A stretch of DNA of 64,000 nucleotides from Sphingomonadaceae bacterium (GTDB lineage: Bacteria > Chloroflexota > UBA6077). Shown here one piece after another: positions 1 through 10,041 of this stretch. The notes under the pieces were generated by a model. It was not told where the DNA came from. It did no database searches and saw only the letters and a list, made by a program, of their open reading frames with translations. The stretch spans positions 1-64,000 of the forward strand of contig JBLNDL010000067.1 in the NCBI GenBank assembly GCA_050261575.1. Direction: 5' to 3'. Numbering within the stretch: the first letter of the stretch is position 1; every line of letters begins with the position of its first letter. The position numbers were made by a program, and so were the translations under genes.

Positions 1-504
1 CCGGACCTTAGAGAGAAACCGCTCCACCTGGAGGTTTCCGCGGACGGTCAGTTGATTGGCCACGCCTTCTTTCGGACGGCGTGGGAGTGGCGCCAACTGT
101 TCTTCCCAATACCCGAGCCAAAAGACGAACCTATCCGGATCGACCTGCGGGTGGATAGGGTGTGGGCACCAAACGAACTGCTCCGCGACGGCAGAGACAC
201 CCGCGAGATCGGCCTCGCTGTGCGTCGGATGAGCATAGGGTCCGTCTCTACCGCAGCACAGTGGGCAGCCGAGGGCGTTCCGACGGAGGCATCCATCGAG
301 AGGCTGAGCCAGCACCTGGACTACGTTCAGAAGATCTTCGCAGACCGAGAAGCCTTCTACCTGCGCGAATTGGAGGGCAAGGAACGGCTGATTGCGCAGC
401 TCCAATCGAACCTCGAACGCTATCACGCCACCCCACCGTTCCGGGCCTACTTCGCCCTCAAGCGGCTCCTCGGTCGAACCACTCGTGAGGCAAAGCACAG
501 TTGA
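1..504 (+). CDS. Partial (5'-truncated) glycan-modification protein: C-terminal beta-sandwich domain, coiled coil and amphipathic tail (possibly methyltransferase/chain-terminator type)
   Basis: Frame is open from base 1. It has the DRVWAP...DTREIGLAVRR motif shared with 3507..4730, followed by a helical segment and a basic/hydrophobic tail. The stop overlaps the next start. Confidence 0.6.
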   Translation, partial: PDLREKPLHLEVSADGQLIGHAFFRTAWEWRQLFFPIPEPKDEPIRIDLRVDRVWAPNELLRDGRDTREIGLAVRRMSIGSVSTAAQWAAEGVPTEASIERLSQHLDYVQKIFADREAFYLRELEGKERLIAQLQSNLERYHATPPFRAYFALKRLLGRTTREAKHS

Positions 505-1904
505 CCCACCCGTTTGTCTCGGTGATTGTCCTAAACTATAATGGCCTCCGCTTTCTTGAAGACTGCCTCCAGTCCTTGAAGCGACTGGATTATCCGTCGG
601 ATCGATACGAAGTAGTGGTGGTGGACAACGTATCCGCCGACGGGTCAGCCGACCTGGTGGAGAAACAGTTCCCCCAGTTCCGCGTTGTCAGGAATGAACG
701 CAACCTCGGATTCGCCGGCGGGAACAACGTTGCCGTGCGCACATCCCGAGCCGACTACGTCGCGCTCCTGAACAACGATACGTCGGTGAGTCCCCTGTGG
801 CTAGGCGAGCTGGTGGAGGCGGCGGAACTGGACCCGCAAGTCGGGGCTTGCACCTCCAAGCTGCTCTTCCAGCAAGATCGCGTGAGGGTGGATCTGGAGG
901 CAACTCCGTTTCGGCCACGCGACTTCGGCTCTCCCGATCAGCGGGTGCTGGGAGCCCGTTTCCTGAGCGCCAGCACACTCCAGTCGGGGAAAAGCAGCGC
1001 CGCCGAGTATCTGGGCGGGTTCTACGGTTTCGAGCCCTCCCCGGAAGGCCCTTTTCGATGGTCCGCCGCCGTGGCCACCCTGGGATGCCGAGTATCGAAG
1101 GGGGATGAGCCAGCGGTTCTCAGGCTAACGGTCGCGGCACCTCGACCCGACGGAGGACAGGCAAGATTGACCCTGCGAGCCGAAGGGCTCTCGTTGGGGG
1201 AGTTCGAGTTGGCCCCTCAGCCCAGAGTGATCGAGGTTCACCTGCCAAAGCAGGTAGTCGACAAAGCGAGGCCGGTGATCCAGAACGCCGGCACCATCAT
1301 CCTCCCGGACGGGTCCGGCCGAGACCGTGGGACCGTGGTCAAGGGAACCGAGGTGTACTCCGAAGAAGACACCGGCCAGTACGATCGGCAGGAGGAGGTC
1401 TTCGCGGGTTGCGGCGCGGCGATGCTGCTGCGCAGGGCGATGCTGGAGGACGTCGGGCTGCTGGATGAGGATTTCTACATGTACTACGAGGACATGGATC
1501 TGTCGTGGCGGGCCCGCCGTCGAGGCTGGAAGATACTGTACGTGCCCGGAGCCGTCGTACGTCACGTTCACGCCGCTAGCAGCGTCGAGTGGTCGCCGTT
1601 TTTCGTCTATCATGTGGAGCGAAACCGCCTGTTGATGCTCGCCAAGAACGCCCCGTTGGGCCTGGCCGCCGCGGAGCATCTCCGCTACGCCGCGACGGCC
1701 ACGCTGAACCTCGGCCGCTACCTTCGCTCGACTGTCAGGCGCGCACCCGACAACAAGACGCTCAGGCTTAGAGTGGCAACCCAGTTGAGGGTCCTCGGCT
1801 GGCTCACCCGCCAGCTTCCCCGCACACTCTCCAAACGGCGCCAGCTCCAGAGGCGCGATCGGGTGCCCGCATCGAAGATCCTGACCTGGATGGTGCCGGC
1901 GTGA
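501..1904 (+). CDS. GT2 glycosyltransferase with an inserted beta-sandwich domain
   Basis: VSVIVLNYNG, VVDNVSADGS, NLGFAGGNN, LLNNDT, FYMYYEDMDLSWR motifs. Confidence 0.92.
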   Translation: MTHPFVSVIVLNYNGLRFLEDCLQSLKRLDYPSDRYEVVVVDNVSADGSADLVEKQFPQFRVVRNERNLGFAGGNNVAVRTSRADYVALLNNDTSVSPLWLGELVEAAELDPQVGACTSKLLFQQDRVRVDLEATPFRPRDFGSPDQRVLGARFLSASTLQSGKSSAAEYLGGFYGFEPSPEGPFRWSAAVATLGCRVSKGDEPAVLRLTVAAPRPDGGQARLTLRAEGLSLGEFELAPQPRVIEVHLPKQVVDKARPVIQNAGTIILPDGSGRDRGTVVKGTEVYSEEDTGQYDRQEEVFAGCGAAMLLRRAMLEDVGLLDEDFYMYYEDMDLSWRARRRGWKILYVPGAVVRHVHAASSVEWSPFFVYHVERNRLLMLAKNAPLGLAAAEHLRYAATATLNLGRYLRSTVRRAPDNKTLRLRVATQLRVLGWLTRQLPRTLSKRRQLQRRDRVPASKILTWMVPA

Positions 1905-3487
1905 GGGTAGGCATCTACAACCGCTGGCTGCACACCATGGGTGGTGGCGAGCGCTACACCTTGGGCGCAGTTCAGGCCCTGGTCGAGGAAGGGAACCAGG
2001 TGGAACTGATCACCCACCGCCCCACCTCACTGCGAACCCTGGAATCGAAGCTGAACGTCAACTTGCAGGGGGTCACCCTCCGCTGCGTGCCCGATCTCCC
2101 CGGCCCACGCCTCGGGGACTACACGGCAGAGTACGATCTCTTCATCAACGCCTGTTTCATGCAGGTGGTGCCCCCCAAGGCCAAGAAGAACGTGCTCTTC
2201 GTCTACTTCCCCTTCCCCATAGACCGCTCGGCCTGGGCCGAGTTCAAACGAAAGGTAGGGCTTTGGCTGCGGCGTGAACTGGTCGTGCCAGAATACGGGG
2301 AGGGCTTCTACGGCCCCCAGAAGGTGGGGGGCGGCTGGTATAGGTGGACCTCCGAGCGAGCCACAGTCAACGTCCCCGTGATTCGGCAAGGCAAGCCGCT
2401 CAGGCTGCGTGTCATGATGGGCAACTTCCGCCCAGCCGAGCAGTCGTCAGCTTCGGTCACCCTCTCCGCCTTGGGAACCGCGCTGGCGAAACGTGAGATC
2501 GGCATCACGAACGGCAACTACGTGCCGGTGGAGGTCACCCTCCCTCCGGAGTCCACTAGGGGGAAGACTGCCACCCTGGTCATCGAAGCCAACACCTTCA
2601 ATCCTCAGGGAGGGCCAGGTTTCGAAGAAGACTTCCGCGACTTGGGAATCGCGGTCTCCAAGATCAAGGTCGATGGCATTCGTCACACGCTTTACGAGGT
2701 AGTGTTCGAAAAGCTGATCCCTGAGTTGGGGCGGCGCCTCCACGGCATACCCGATAACCTCTCGCTCAGCTACGTGGACAATTACGACCTGATATGCCCT
2801 ATCTCAGCCTTCAGCCAGAAATGGCTCGACATCTATTGGGGCAAGAAAGGGGAGATCCTCTATCCTCCGGTGGATGTCGACGTTTATACCCCATCACCAG
2901 TCAGGAAGAACGTCATCCTCAACGTCGGGCGATTCTTCAGCGGAAGCCACAACAAGAAGCACATCGTGATGATCGAGGCGTTCAAGAGGCTGTGCCGCCG
3001 GGGGCTGAAGGGTTGGGAACTCCACCTGGTCGGCGGTGTCGCGTCCGGAGAGGTACACGAGGCATACCTCAAGCGGGTAAAGCGGAAGGCAGTGGGGTAT
3101 CCCATCTTCATCCACGCAGATGCCCCATTTGCCGAACTAAAGAAGCTCTACGAGGAGGCCTCCATCTACTGGCACGCCAGTGGGTACGGGGAGAACGAGA
3201 ACCGAAACCCGATACGTTTCGAGCACTTTGGCATCACCACCGTGGAGGCGATGGCCGCGGGCTGCGTCCCCGTCGTCATAGCCAAGGCCGGCCAACTGGA
3301 AACGGTGGAGCATGGCCGCAGCGGCTTCCTGTGGAATACCACTCGGGAACTGGAGGACTACACCCTCCGCGTCATCAACGATCATTCCCTGCGAGCATCC
3401 CTGCAGCAGGGAGCGATTTCGCGAGCCCGCGCTTTCGATCAACAGAGCTTCAAGCGGCGCTTTCTGGAGTTGATCTCTACGATATAG
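1901..3487 (+). CDS. GT4 glycosyltransferase with an inserted beta-sandwich domain
   Basis: GGGERY N-terminus; EHFGITTVEAMAAGCVPV motif. Confidence 0.92.
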   Translation: MRVGIYNRWLHTMGGGERYTLGAVQALVEEGNQVELITHRPTSLRTLESKLNVNLQGVTLRCVPDLPGPRLGDYTAEYDLFINACFMQVVPPKAKKNVLFVYFPFPIDRSAWAEFKRKVGLWLRRELVVPEYGEGFYGPQKVGGGWYRWTSERATVNVPVIRQGKPLRLRVMMGNFRPAEQSSASVTLSALGTALAKREIGITNGNYVPVEVTLPPESTRGKTATLVIEANTFNPQGGPGFEEDFRDLGIAVSKIKVDGIRHTLYEVVFEKLIPELGRRLHGIPDNLSLSYVDNYDLICPISAFSQKWLDIYWGKKGEILYPPVDVDVYTPSPVRKNVILNVGRFFSGSHNKKHIVMIEAFKRLCRRGLKGWELHLVGGVASGEVHEAYLKRVKRKAVGYPIFIHADAPFAELKKLYEEASIYWHASGYGENENRNPIRFEHFGITTVEAMAAGCVPVVIAKAGQLETVEHGRSGFLWNTTRELEDYTLRVINDHSLRASLQQGAISRARAFDQQSFKRRFLELISTI

Positions 3488-3506
3488 ATCGGATGTTTGC
3501 CTACAT

Positions 3507-4730
3507 ATGTCTACCATAACACCCAGCGAAGCTCGCGAGTTCCTCACCGGCTTCGATCATTGCTCGCACCCCCTGGCAATGGAATACCTGAACGTTGCCC
3601 TGGACCGGCTGTTGGTCACCCTGGATCTGATGCCGCGGCTGGAGGCAGGAGCCAGGATCCTGGAGTTGGGCGCCATGCCCTACTTCATGACGTGCCTCCT
3701 GTTGCGGCACTACCCCTCGTGTCGACTGGAGTTGGCCAACGAGCCCGATAGGCTGAAGCTGGATGGAGGACACGTCAGGCTGGTCAACCGCAGGCACCAC
3801 CTCGACTTCAGCTTCACCTACGAGGCATTCAACATCGAGACCGACCCCTTCCCATACGAGGATGGAAGCCTGGACGTCGTGCTCTACTGCGAGATGATCG
3901 AGCACCTGATGCACGACCCAACGCACTCGCTCTACGAGATCCACAGGATACTCAAGCCCGGAGGCTACCTGCTGCTCAGCACACCCAACCCGTTCCGATA
4001 CACCAACTACCTGAGATTCCTCACCGGAAAGAACATCTACCCGCCATTCTCCGGATGGGGTCCCTACGCCCGGCACAACCGCGAGTTCAGCACTCGTGAG
4101 TTGAGGCTGCTCCTTAAGCAGTGTAACTTCGAGATCGAGACACTGATCACCGCGTACGATCCGGCCTACGATCACCCCAAACGGCTCGACGGCGTCGCCC
4201 GCTGGCTCCACAAGCGAGGTTTGCTGCGGGAACAGATGGATGTGATCCATCTCCGAGCCAAGGCCGTGGGCAAGCCGATCTACCGATATCCGCCGGAGCT
4301 CTACCTCGACGTGCACGCCTATCAACGGATCGTGAACGACAACATCGAGATGGGAGTGAACGACGAGGCCCAACTAGGGGCAGGCTTCCAGAAGCTGGAG
4401 TCGTGGCCGCCGTTCGTCAGGTGGACGGACAAGGCCGCCGTGGCGAGGCTACGGGCTGGCAGCCACACATCCCTCGGCATACGCTTTTACTCCGGTCCGA
4501 AGGAGTTGAGCCGGAGGGTCACCGGGAAGCTTTCGCTGAACGGCGTCGATCACACCCTGGATGTGGCTCCTGGCGAGTGGGTCGAGTTGCGCCTCCCCTT
4601 GTCCGCCCCTCCCCACGACGTCGTGGAAATGAGCCTGGAACTCGATCGCACGTGGGTGCCGAGCGAAGTGCTGGGAATCCCCGACACCCGAGAGATCGGC
4701 ATCGCCGTCCAACGCATCTGGCTGGAGTGA
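3507..4730 (+). CDS. Class I SAM-dependent methyltransferase with a C-terminal beta-sandwich domain
   Basis: ILELGA motif I; DVVLYCEMIEHL; RILKPGGYLLLSTPN. Confidence 0.9.
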   Translation: MSTITPSEAREFLTGFDHCSHPLAMEYLNVALDRLLVTLDLMPRLEAGARILELGAMPYFMTCLLLRHYPSCRLELANEPDRLKLDGGHVRLVNRRHHLDFSFTYEAFNIETDPFPYEDGSLDVVLYCEMIEHLMHDPTHSLYEIHRILKPGGYLLLSTPNPFRYTNYLRFLTGKNIYPPFSGWGPYARHNREFSTRELRLLLKQCNFEIETLITAYDPAYDHPKRLDGVARWLHKRGLLREQMDVIHLRAKAVGKPIYRYPPELYLDVHAYQRIVNDNIEMGVNDEAQLGAGFQKLESWPPFVRWTDKAAVARLRAGSHTSLGIRFYSGPKELSRRVTGKLSLNGVDHTLDVAPGEWVELRLPLSAPPHDVVEMSLELDRTWVPSEVLGIPDTREIGIAVQRIWLE

Positions 4731-4734
4731 CGAA

Positions 4735-6975
4735 ATGACCGGTCGATCCGATCGCTTCCTGGGGAGCCTTCTCCTGGTCTTCTTTCTCGCGCTCTACCTC
4801 CTCACGGGAGGCGGCCACGGCTACAGCCCCGATGGCGAGTTCGCCTACTACGCGGCCCGCAGCATCAGCCTTGACCCTGAGCACGAGTACCTGAAGAAGA
4901 TGCGAAGCTCCTTCTCCCAGTGGGGCTTCATGGTGCCTTTGCTGGCGCAGCCACTCGTGCTGGCTGGAGAGCCGCTGGCCAACGCCATGCCCCAGAAGGA
5001 CCACGCCGTCGTCGACGGTCGCGACTACGTGCTGGGGATCTACAAGGCGAGGCACCTGCCGGAAGGGGCTCCAACGGCCGGCCCGAACGGCGACGGAGTC
5101 GAGGACCGGTACGTCCGAACCGACTTGAAGCTCGGGCCAGCCACGTCTCTGTCGATCATCTCCTTCCTGTCTGAGGCCACGGGTATCCCTCAGGATACCC
5201 AGGTGGCGGAGATCGTCCTGGTGGATGTCTCGGGCGACACGCTCGTCTTTCCCATACGGGCAGGGGTCGAGACCGCCGAGTGGAGAGTGGACAAGGTCAC
5301 CGGCAATCCGGAACACCACCGGGGTCGGGTCGCCTCCATCTGGCCCGGCAACACCACCGGGCGCAACTACTACGCGGAGATACCCTTCGGTCGCACGGTG
5401 CAACCCAAGGAACTCACCATCCGCTACGTGCACCCGGAGGGCCACCTCTTCGTGCGCTCGATCGCCTTCCTGAATCAGGAGACCGGAGCCTTCGAGGAAC
5501 TCCCAAGCGAAAACCGGATGTGGTCGGAAAGGGAGAACAACGACCTCTTCGCGCGCCTCTTCTACTCGCCCTTCAACGGGATAGTGACGGCCATCGGCTG
5601 TGTCCTGCTGTTCGCGCTGGCGCGGCTGCTGGGCTACGGGCAACTCGTGTCCTTGGTCGCCACACTCCTCTACGGAGTGGCCACCCTTGCGTGGCCCTAC
5701 GCCAAGTACGACTTCTCCGAGCCCACCCTCGTCATGTTCATCCTCCTGACCCTCTATCTCCTGTTCCGTTGGGAGCAGGACCGGAGGGACCGATGGATGT
5801 TGCTGGCCGGCATCTCTGCCCTATCGGCCGTGGGGACCAAGTACTTCGCAGGCGTGCTGGTGCCCCTGCTGCTACTAGAGGCTCTGCTGATCCACTGGCG
5901 GCAGTACCCAACCCCGAGGGCACTCGCCAAGTTCGCCAAGCCCGCCGCGCTCTTCTGCGCGCCGTTCGTCGTGGTGGCAGCCCCCGCCGTGTGGTACCTC
6001 AGTCAGCGGTTCGGCTACTACCCGTCGATCCTCGAGGCTTGGGCCGGCATCCAGCGAGGCTGGCTCCCGCTGCCCATGCACATCGGCCTGGGTGGGCTGC
6101 TGTTCAGCCCAGGTAAGAGCTTCTTCCTCTACTCGCCACCCACCGTGCTGGCGATCTTCTCCGCCGTGGCCTTCGTGCGAAGGTACGGAATACGATCCAT
6201 CGGGATAGTGGCCATCGTCCTCGTCTACTTCCTGATCTACAGCAAGAAGCCGGCTTGGCACGCCGGGGCGGGATGGGGTCCCCGCTACCAGGTCCTCATC
6301 ATCCCCCTCGTGATCCTGATGGCCATGCCAATCATCCAGAAGGCAGTCGAGGAGAGGCACCGCTTGGCCCGCTACGCAGTATTGGCAACCCTCGTCCTGG
6401 GGGTCAGCCTGCAACTGCTGGCCGTCTCCAAGGCATTCGAGAACTACATCGGAATGTTCCGCCACCAGATCGTCACCCAGATGCCGGACGAGGGGGCGCA
6501 ATACGGCGGGGCCGAATACTACCCCTACGCTGCAGGGCTGGACGACGGCAACAACATCACCGCAACCGTGCTGGCCTGGCCCTTCAGCCCCATTCTGGCC
6601 CACACCTGGCTGCTCTCAGCCGATTTCCTGGCCATCGGCCCCTCATTCCTGCAGCCCGAGAAAGACAGGCTGCTCGTCACTCCCCCCTGGAAGAAGTTCT
6701 GGGGAATAGACGTGGTACCAGCGCACCCCGAGCACGGGCTAGGATTCGACTTCTGGTCCATGCGTCTTAGAACCGATTTCCCGTCCTACACCGGCTTCCT
6801 CACGGGCGTTGCCATCGCGGTCCTGCTGCTGGAGGCGGCGCTGGTGGCCAGTGGCGCCCTGCTGGTCTCTCTGCTGTTCGTTCGTTCGACCCGACGCCCA
6901 CGAGCCGTCAAGACGTGGATAGGCTTATCCTGCCTGATCCTCCTGCTGTTCAATGGCATTCACCTCCTTCTCTGA
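4735..6975 (+). CDS. Polytopic membrane protein, GT-C/PMT-like glycosyltransferase with an extracytoplasmic insert
   Basis: Many TM segments; YSPDGE after TM1; WPYAKYDFSEP; SPGKSFFLYSP; WGPRY. Confidence 0.72.
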   Translation: MTGRSDRFLGSLLLVFFLALYLLTGGGHGYSPDGEFAYYAARSISLDPEHEYLKKMRSSFSQWGFMVPLLAQPLVLAGEPLANAMPQKDHAVVDGRDYVLGIYKARHLPEGAPTAGPNGDGVEDRYVRTDLKLGPATSLSIISFLSEATGIPQDTQVAEIVLVDVSGDTLVFPIRAGVETAEWRVDKVTGNPEHHRGRVASIWPGNTTGRNYYAEIPFGRTVQPKELTIRYVHPEGHLFVRSIAFLNQETGAFEELPSENRMWSERENNDLFARLFYSPFNGIVTAIGCVLLFALARLLGYGQLVSLVATLLYGVATLAWPYAKYDFSEPTLVMFILLTLYLLFRWEQDRRDRWMLLAGISALSAVGTKYFAGVLVPLLLLEALLIHWRQYPTPRALAKFAKPAALFCAPFVVVAAPAVWYLSQRFGYYPSILEAWAGIQRGWLPLPMHIGLGGLLFSPGKSFFLYSPPTVLAIFSAVAFVRRYGIRSIGIVAIVLVYFLIYSKKPAWHAGAGWGPRYQVLIIPLVILMAMPIIQKAVEERHRLARYAVLATLVLGVSLQLLAVSKAFENYIGMFRHQIVTQMPDEGAQYGGAEYYPYAAGLDDGNNITATVLAWPFSPILAHTWLLSADFLAIGPSFLQPEKDRLLVTPPWKKFWGIDVVPAHPEHGLGFDFWSMRLRTDFPSYTGFLTGVAIAVLLLEAALVASGALLVSLLFVRSTRRPRAVKTWIGLSCLILLLFNGIHLLL

Positions 6976-9772
6976 TCTAGTCCGAGCACAGCGCGGGCTC
7001 GTGCCCCTCGCCCTCCGGTCCAGCAGGGAGAGAGATCTTGCTTCGTGCCTGCTGCTCGGTCTGCTGGCGCTCGTCTTCCCGTGGCAACTATCGCTGCTGG
7101 GCTACCTTCCCAACTCCATCGACTTCGTCCTTCAGTACTATCCGAACCTCGCCTTCCTGGGAACCAGCCTGAAGGCTGGGGAGCTACCGCTCTGGAACCC
7201 CCACGTCTTCGCCGGCACCCCATACCTGGCCGACCCCCAATCGGCGGTCCTCTACCTGCCCAACTGGCCCTTCCTGCTGCTGCTGAGCACCGCGGATGCC
7301 GCTCGGGCAATCGTCGTGGCCCACTATGCGCTGGCCTCCATCGGCAGCTACCTCTACCTCAGGAGCGTCGGGCTGTCGGCAGCTCCAGCCCTGGTGGGCG
7401 CCATCCTCTTCGGTCTGAACGAGTACACCATCACTCAGGTGGCCGGAATCCCCCTCCTCGTCAACCTCGCGTGGATACCCATCGCGCTGCTTCTAGTGGA
7501 ACGAGCCCTCCAACTGAATAGCATCGGATACGCGCTGGGGGCCGCAGCGGCCCTCACCATGCAACTGTTCAACGGATGGCTCCACGGCCTCTACGTGACG
7601 GCCTTCGCCCTGCTGGCAACCTTCCTCTGGCACGCCATCACCAGAGCCACCAGTACCCGCCGCTGGAGTGCCGTCCTCCGCCCCACGGGCCTCGTGGCGC
7701 TCCTGGGGATCACCTGGACAGCCCTCGGCGCCACCCTCCTTCTCCCCGCCCTGGAGTTCACATCCCACTCCAACTACCTGATGGATAGGGGTCTCGAGCA
7801 GGCTGGCGGCGAGGGCAACGTGACGGTCCTGGCGATCCTGGGTGTCGGCGGCAGCGAGGGGCACGGCGTCTACCTGGGGGCGGTGGGGCTTCTCCTGCTG
7901 CTGCTGGGAGCCGTTCACGGTCGGGACAGGAAGCGGGTCCGGCTCTATTTGCTCCTGGGGGGCTTCGCGCTCCTGGCGGCCTTCGGCACCAAGGCCCCAC
8001 TGTACGCCCACCTGTACCAGTGGCTGCCCGGCTTCCGTGCCTTCCACACCCCGGGCCGTTTCATGGTGCTCTATCTGCTTTCGGCCTCGGCCCTTGCGGC
8101 CTTTGGAGCGGACACACTGCTCAAAGGGATCACCCGCCGGCAACTGCTGACTGTGCTGGGCGTCGCGCTGCTCCTCCTCGCCCCCTTCTACTACACTATG
8201 TCAAGGATGTTCGCCCCAGAGGCGTTTGGGCTGCTGCTGAACAACCTGCTGCACTGGTCCGATGGCCCGTACCTGCGCGCCGACAACGCCCGGCACCTCT
8301 TCTTCTCCGGGTTGGCTGCCGCGCTCCTCTTCTCAATCCTGGCCTCCGGACGCCTGCCGGGCAGGGTTGCCTACACGGCAACCCTCTTGATCCTGCTGGG
8401 CGACCTCTTCCTTCTGCGCGGCCTCGGCGGCCAGTACTTCGTGCCGCCTCCCGAGCTGTATCAGTCGGCGGAGTTGCGCTCTCGACTGGCGCTGCAGGCA
8501 GACAGCCAAGAGCCCTACCGATCCATGGGCTACGCGAGGAACGGTACGATGCACTTCCTCTCGGACTTCCCAAACAACGTGGTGCCCGCCCTCGCTCCGC
8601 CAAACCTGGCCATGGTGTACAGGACAGAGGACGTGCAGGGATACAACCCCCTGCAACTTCGCCGATACGCCCAGTACCTTGCAGCGGTGAACGGCGGCCC
8701 GGAGGACTACCACTGGGCGCTGGTCTACAACCTCCAGTCCCCGCTGCTGGACCTGCTCAACCTGCGCTACGTCGCGCTGCGAGGCGACGACTCCCGAGCG
8801 AGCAACGTCACCGTGGCTACCGCCATCAACCTGGAAACGGATAGGCAGTCGGTCACGGTGCCCACCAAGGGGGTCCTCGCCTCGGGGATTCGGGTCCACT
8901 CCTACCTGGGACACTCGGCCGATATGGCCGACGGCCAGGTAGCCGCGCGGATCCGGGTCGTCGATGCCTCCGGCCGCAGTTGGAGCTTCGATCTGCGAGC
9001 AGGCATGGAAACCGCGGAGTGGGCCTACGACCGGCCGGACGTTCTCAGCCGGGTGCGTCACCGACGCGCCACCGTGTCCCAGACCTGGAACCTCCCCTCG
9101 CCGGTGCACACCTACGTGGCCGACCTCACCCTCCCTCAACCGATGGAGGTGCGGGAGCTAACCGTGGAACGGGTACAGCCCGACGTTTTCATCGTTGTCC
9201 CGGAGGTGGCAGTGGTACCCGTGCAGCCGATCCAGCGATACCAACTGGTGGATCAGGCCGGGGATACCAAACTCTATCGCAACGACCTAGCCCTTCCGAG
9301 GGCCCTCCTGGTGCCTCGCGCGGAGGTGATCCAGGACCCCGCGGAAGTCCTCCAGAGGCTCCAGCGCGATGGCTTCGACCCCAAGCACCAAGTGATTCTG
9401 GAAGGGCCAGGGACTCCGAGGGAACAGGGCAGCGGTGGTGACATGGGCGAGGCGATCATCCTCTCCCGAAGCAACAACACGGTGCGGCTGCAGGTGCGCG
9501 CCGCTTCGTATGGATTCCTTCTCTTGAATGAGCTATCATACCCGGGTTGGAACGCCTACTTGGATGGACAGCGGACTCGGGTATGGCGAGCCAACTACCT
9601 GTTCCGAGCTATAGAAGTCCCCTCCGGAGAGCACGAGGTTGAGTTCCGGTTCGAACCCGACTCCCTGAAGCTGGGGTTAGCCCTCACTCTACCCACTGTG
9701 GCACTCCTCCTGGCAGCCGCTGTATTCCGTCTCAAGACCCAACAGCATCGGAGGGAGGAAACTGTACGGTGA
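6953..9772 (+). CDS. YfhO-family membrane protein (GT-C type)
   Basis: DFVLQYYP, LPLWNPHVFAGTPYLADPQ, YPGWNAYLDG...RANYLFRAIEVPSGEHEVEFRFEP. Start position uncertain. Confidence 0.85.
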   Translation: MAFTSFSDLVRAQRGLVPLALRSSRERDLASCLLLGLLALVFPWQLSLLGYLPNSIDFVLQYYPNLAFLGTSLKAGELPLWNPHVFAGTPYLADPQSAVLYLPNWPFLLLLSTADAARAIVVAHYALASIGSYLYLRSVGLSAAPALVGAILFGLNEYTITQVAGIPLLVNLAWIPIALLLVERALQLNSIGYALGAAAALTMQLFNGWLHGLYVTAFALLATFLWHAITRATSTRRWSAVLRPTGLVALLGITWTALGATLLLPALEFTSHSNYLMDRGLEQAGGEGNVTVLAILGVGGSEGHGVYLGAVGLLLLLLGAVHGRDRKRVRLYLLLGGFALLAAFGTKAPLYAHLYQWLPGFRAFHTPGRFMVLYLLSASALAAFGADTLLKGITRRQLLTVLGVALLLLAPFYYTMSRMFAPEAFGLLLNNLLHWSDGPYLRADNARHLFFSGLAAALLFSILASGRLPGRVAYTATLLILLGDLFLLRGLGGQYFVPPPELYQSAELRSRLALQADSQEPYRSMGYARNGTMHFLSDFPNNVVPALAPPNLAMVYRTEDVQGYNPLQLRRYAQYLAAVNGGPEDYHWALVYNLQSPLLDLLNLRYVALRGDDSRASNVTVATAINLETDRQSVTVPTKGVLASGIRVHSYLGHSADMADGQVAARIRVVDASGRSWSFDLRAGMETAEWAYDRPDVLSRVRHRRATVSQTWNLPSPVHTYVADLTLPQPMEVRELTVERVQPDVFIVVPEVAVVPVQPIQRYQLVDQAGDTKLYRNDLALPRALLVPRAEVIQDPAEVLQRLQRDGFDPKHQVILEGPGTPREQGSGGDMGEAIILSRSNNTVRLQVRAASYGFLLLNELSYPGWNAYLDGQRTRVWRANYLFRAIEVPSGEHEVEFRFEPDSLKLGLALTLPTVALLLAAAVFRLKTQQHRREETVR

Positions 9773-9960
9773 TCGACAAGGAATTGCTGGATATCCTGGC
9801 CTGCCCGGCATGCAAGGCGCCGGTTTCGCAGGAGGGCGACTGGATCGTCTGCTCGGCCAGCGAGAGTTGCGGCAAGCGATATCCGGTGCGCGATGGCGTC
9901 CCCATCATGCTGATCGACGAGGCTGTGGACCCACACGGCCAACCAAGGGCTGAGGGCTGA
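9769..9960 (+). CDS. Trm112/YcaR (UPF0434) family small Zn-finger protein
   Basis: LLDILACPACK...C...YPVRDGVPIMLIDEA. Confidence 0.9.
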   Translation: MIDKELLDILACPACKAPVSQEGDWIVCSASESCGKRYPVRDGVPIMLIDEAVDPHGQPRAEG

Positions 9961-10007
9961 GGTCCCTGGACTTAGCGGGTTTGCGAGGGGCTCAGTCCTC
10001 AGTCCTC
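9946..10007. repeat. Heptamer-based inverted repeat (AGGGCTG)n/(CAGTCCT)n
   Basis: agggctgagggctgag ... ctcagtcctcagtcct, pairing with G-U pairs. Confidence 0.55.
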
Positions 10008-10041
10008 GTTGCCGGCTACCATCACATCAGATCGAGGCACC

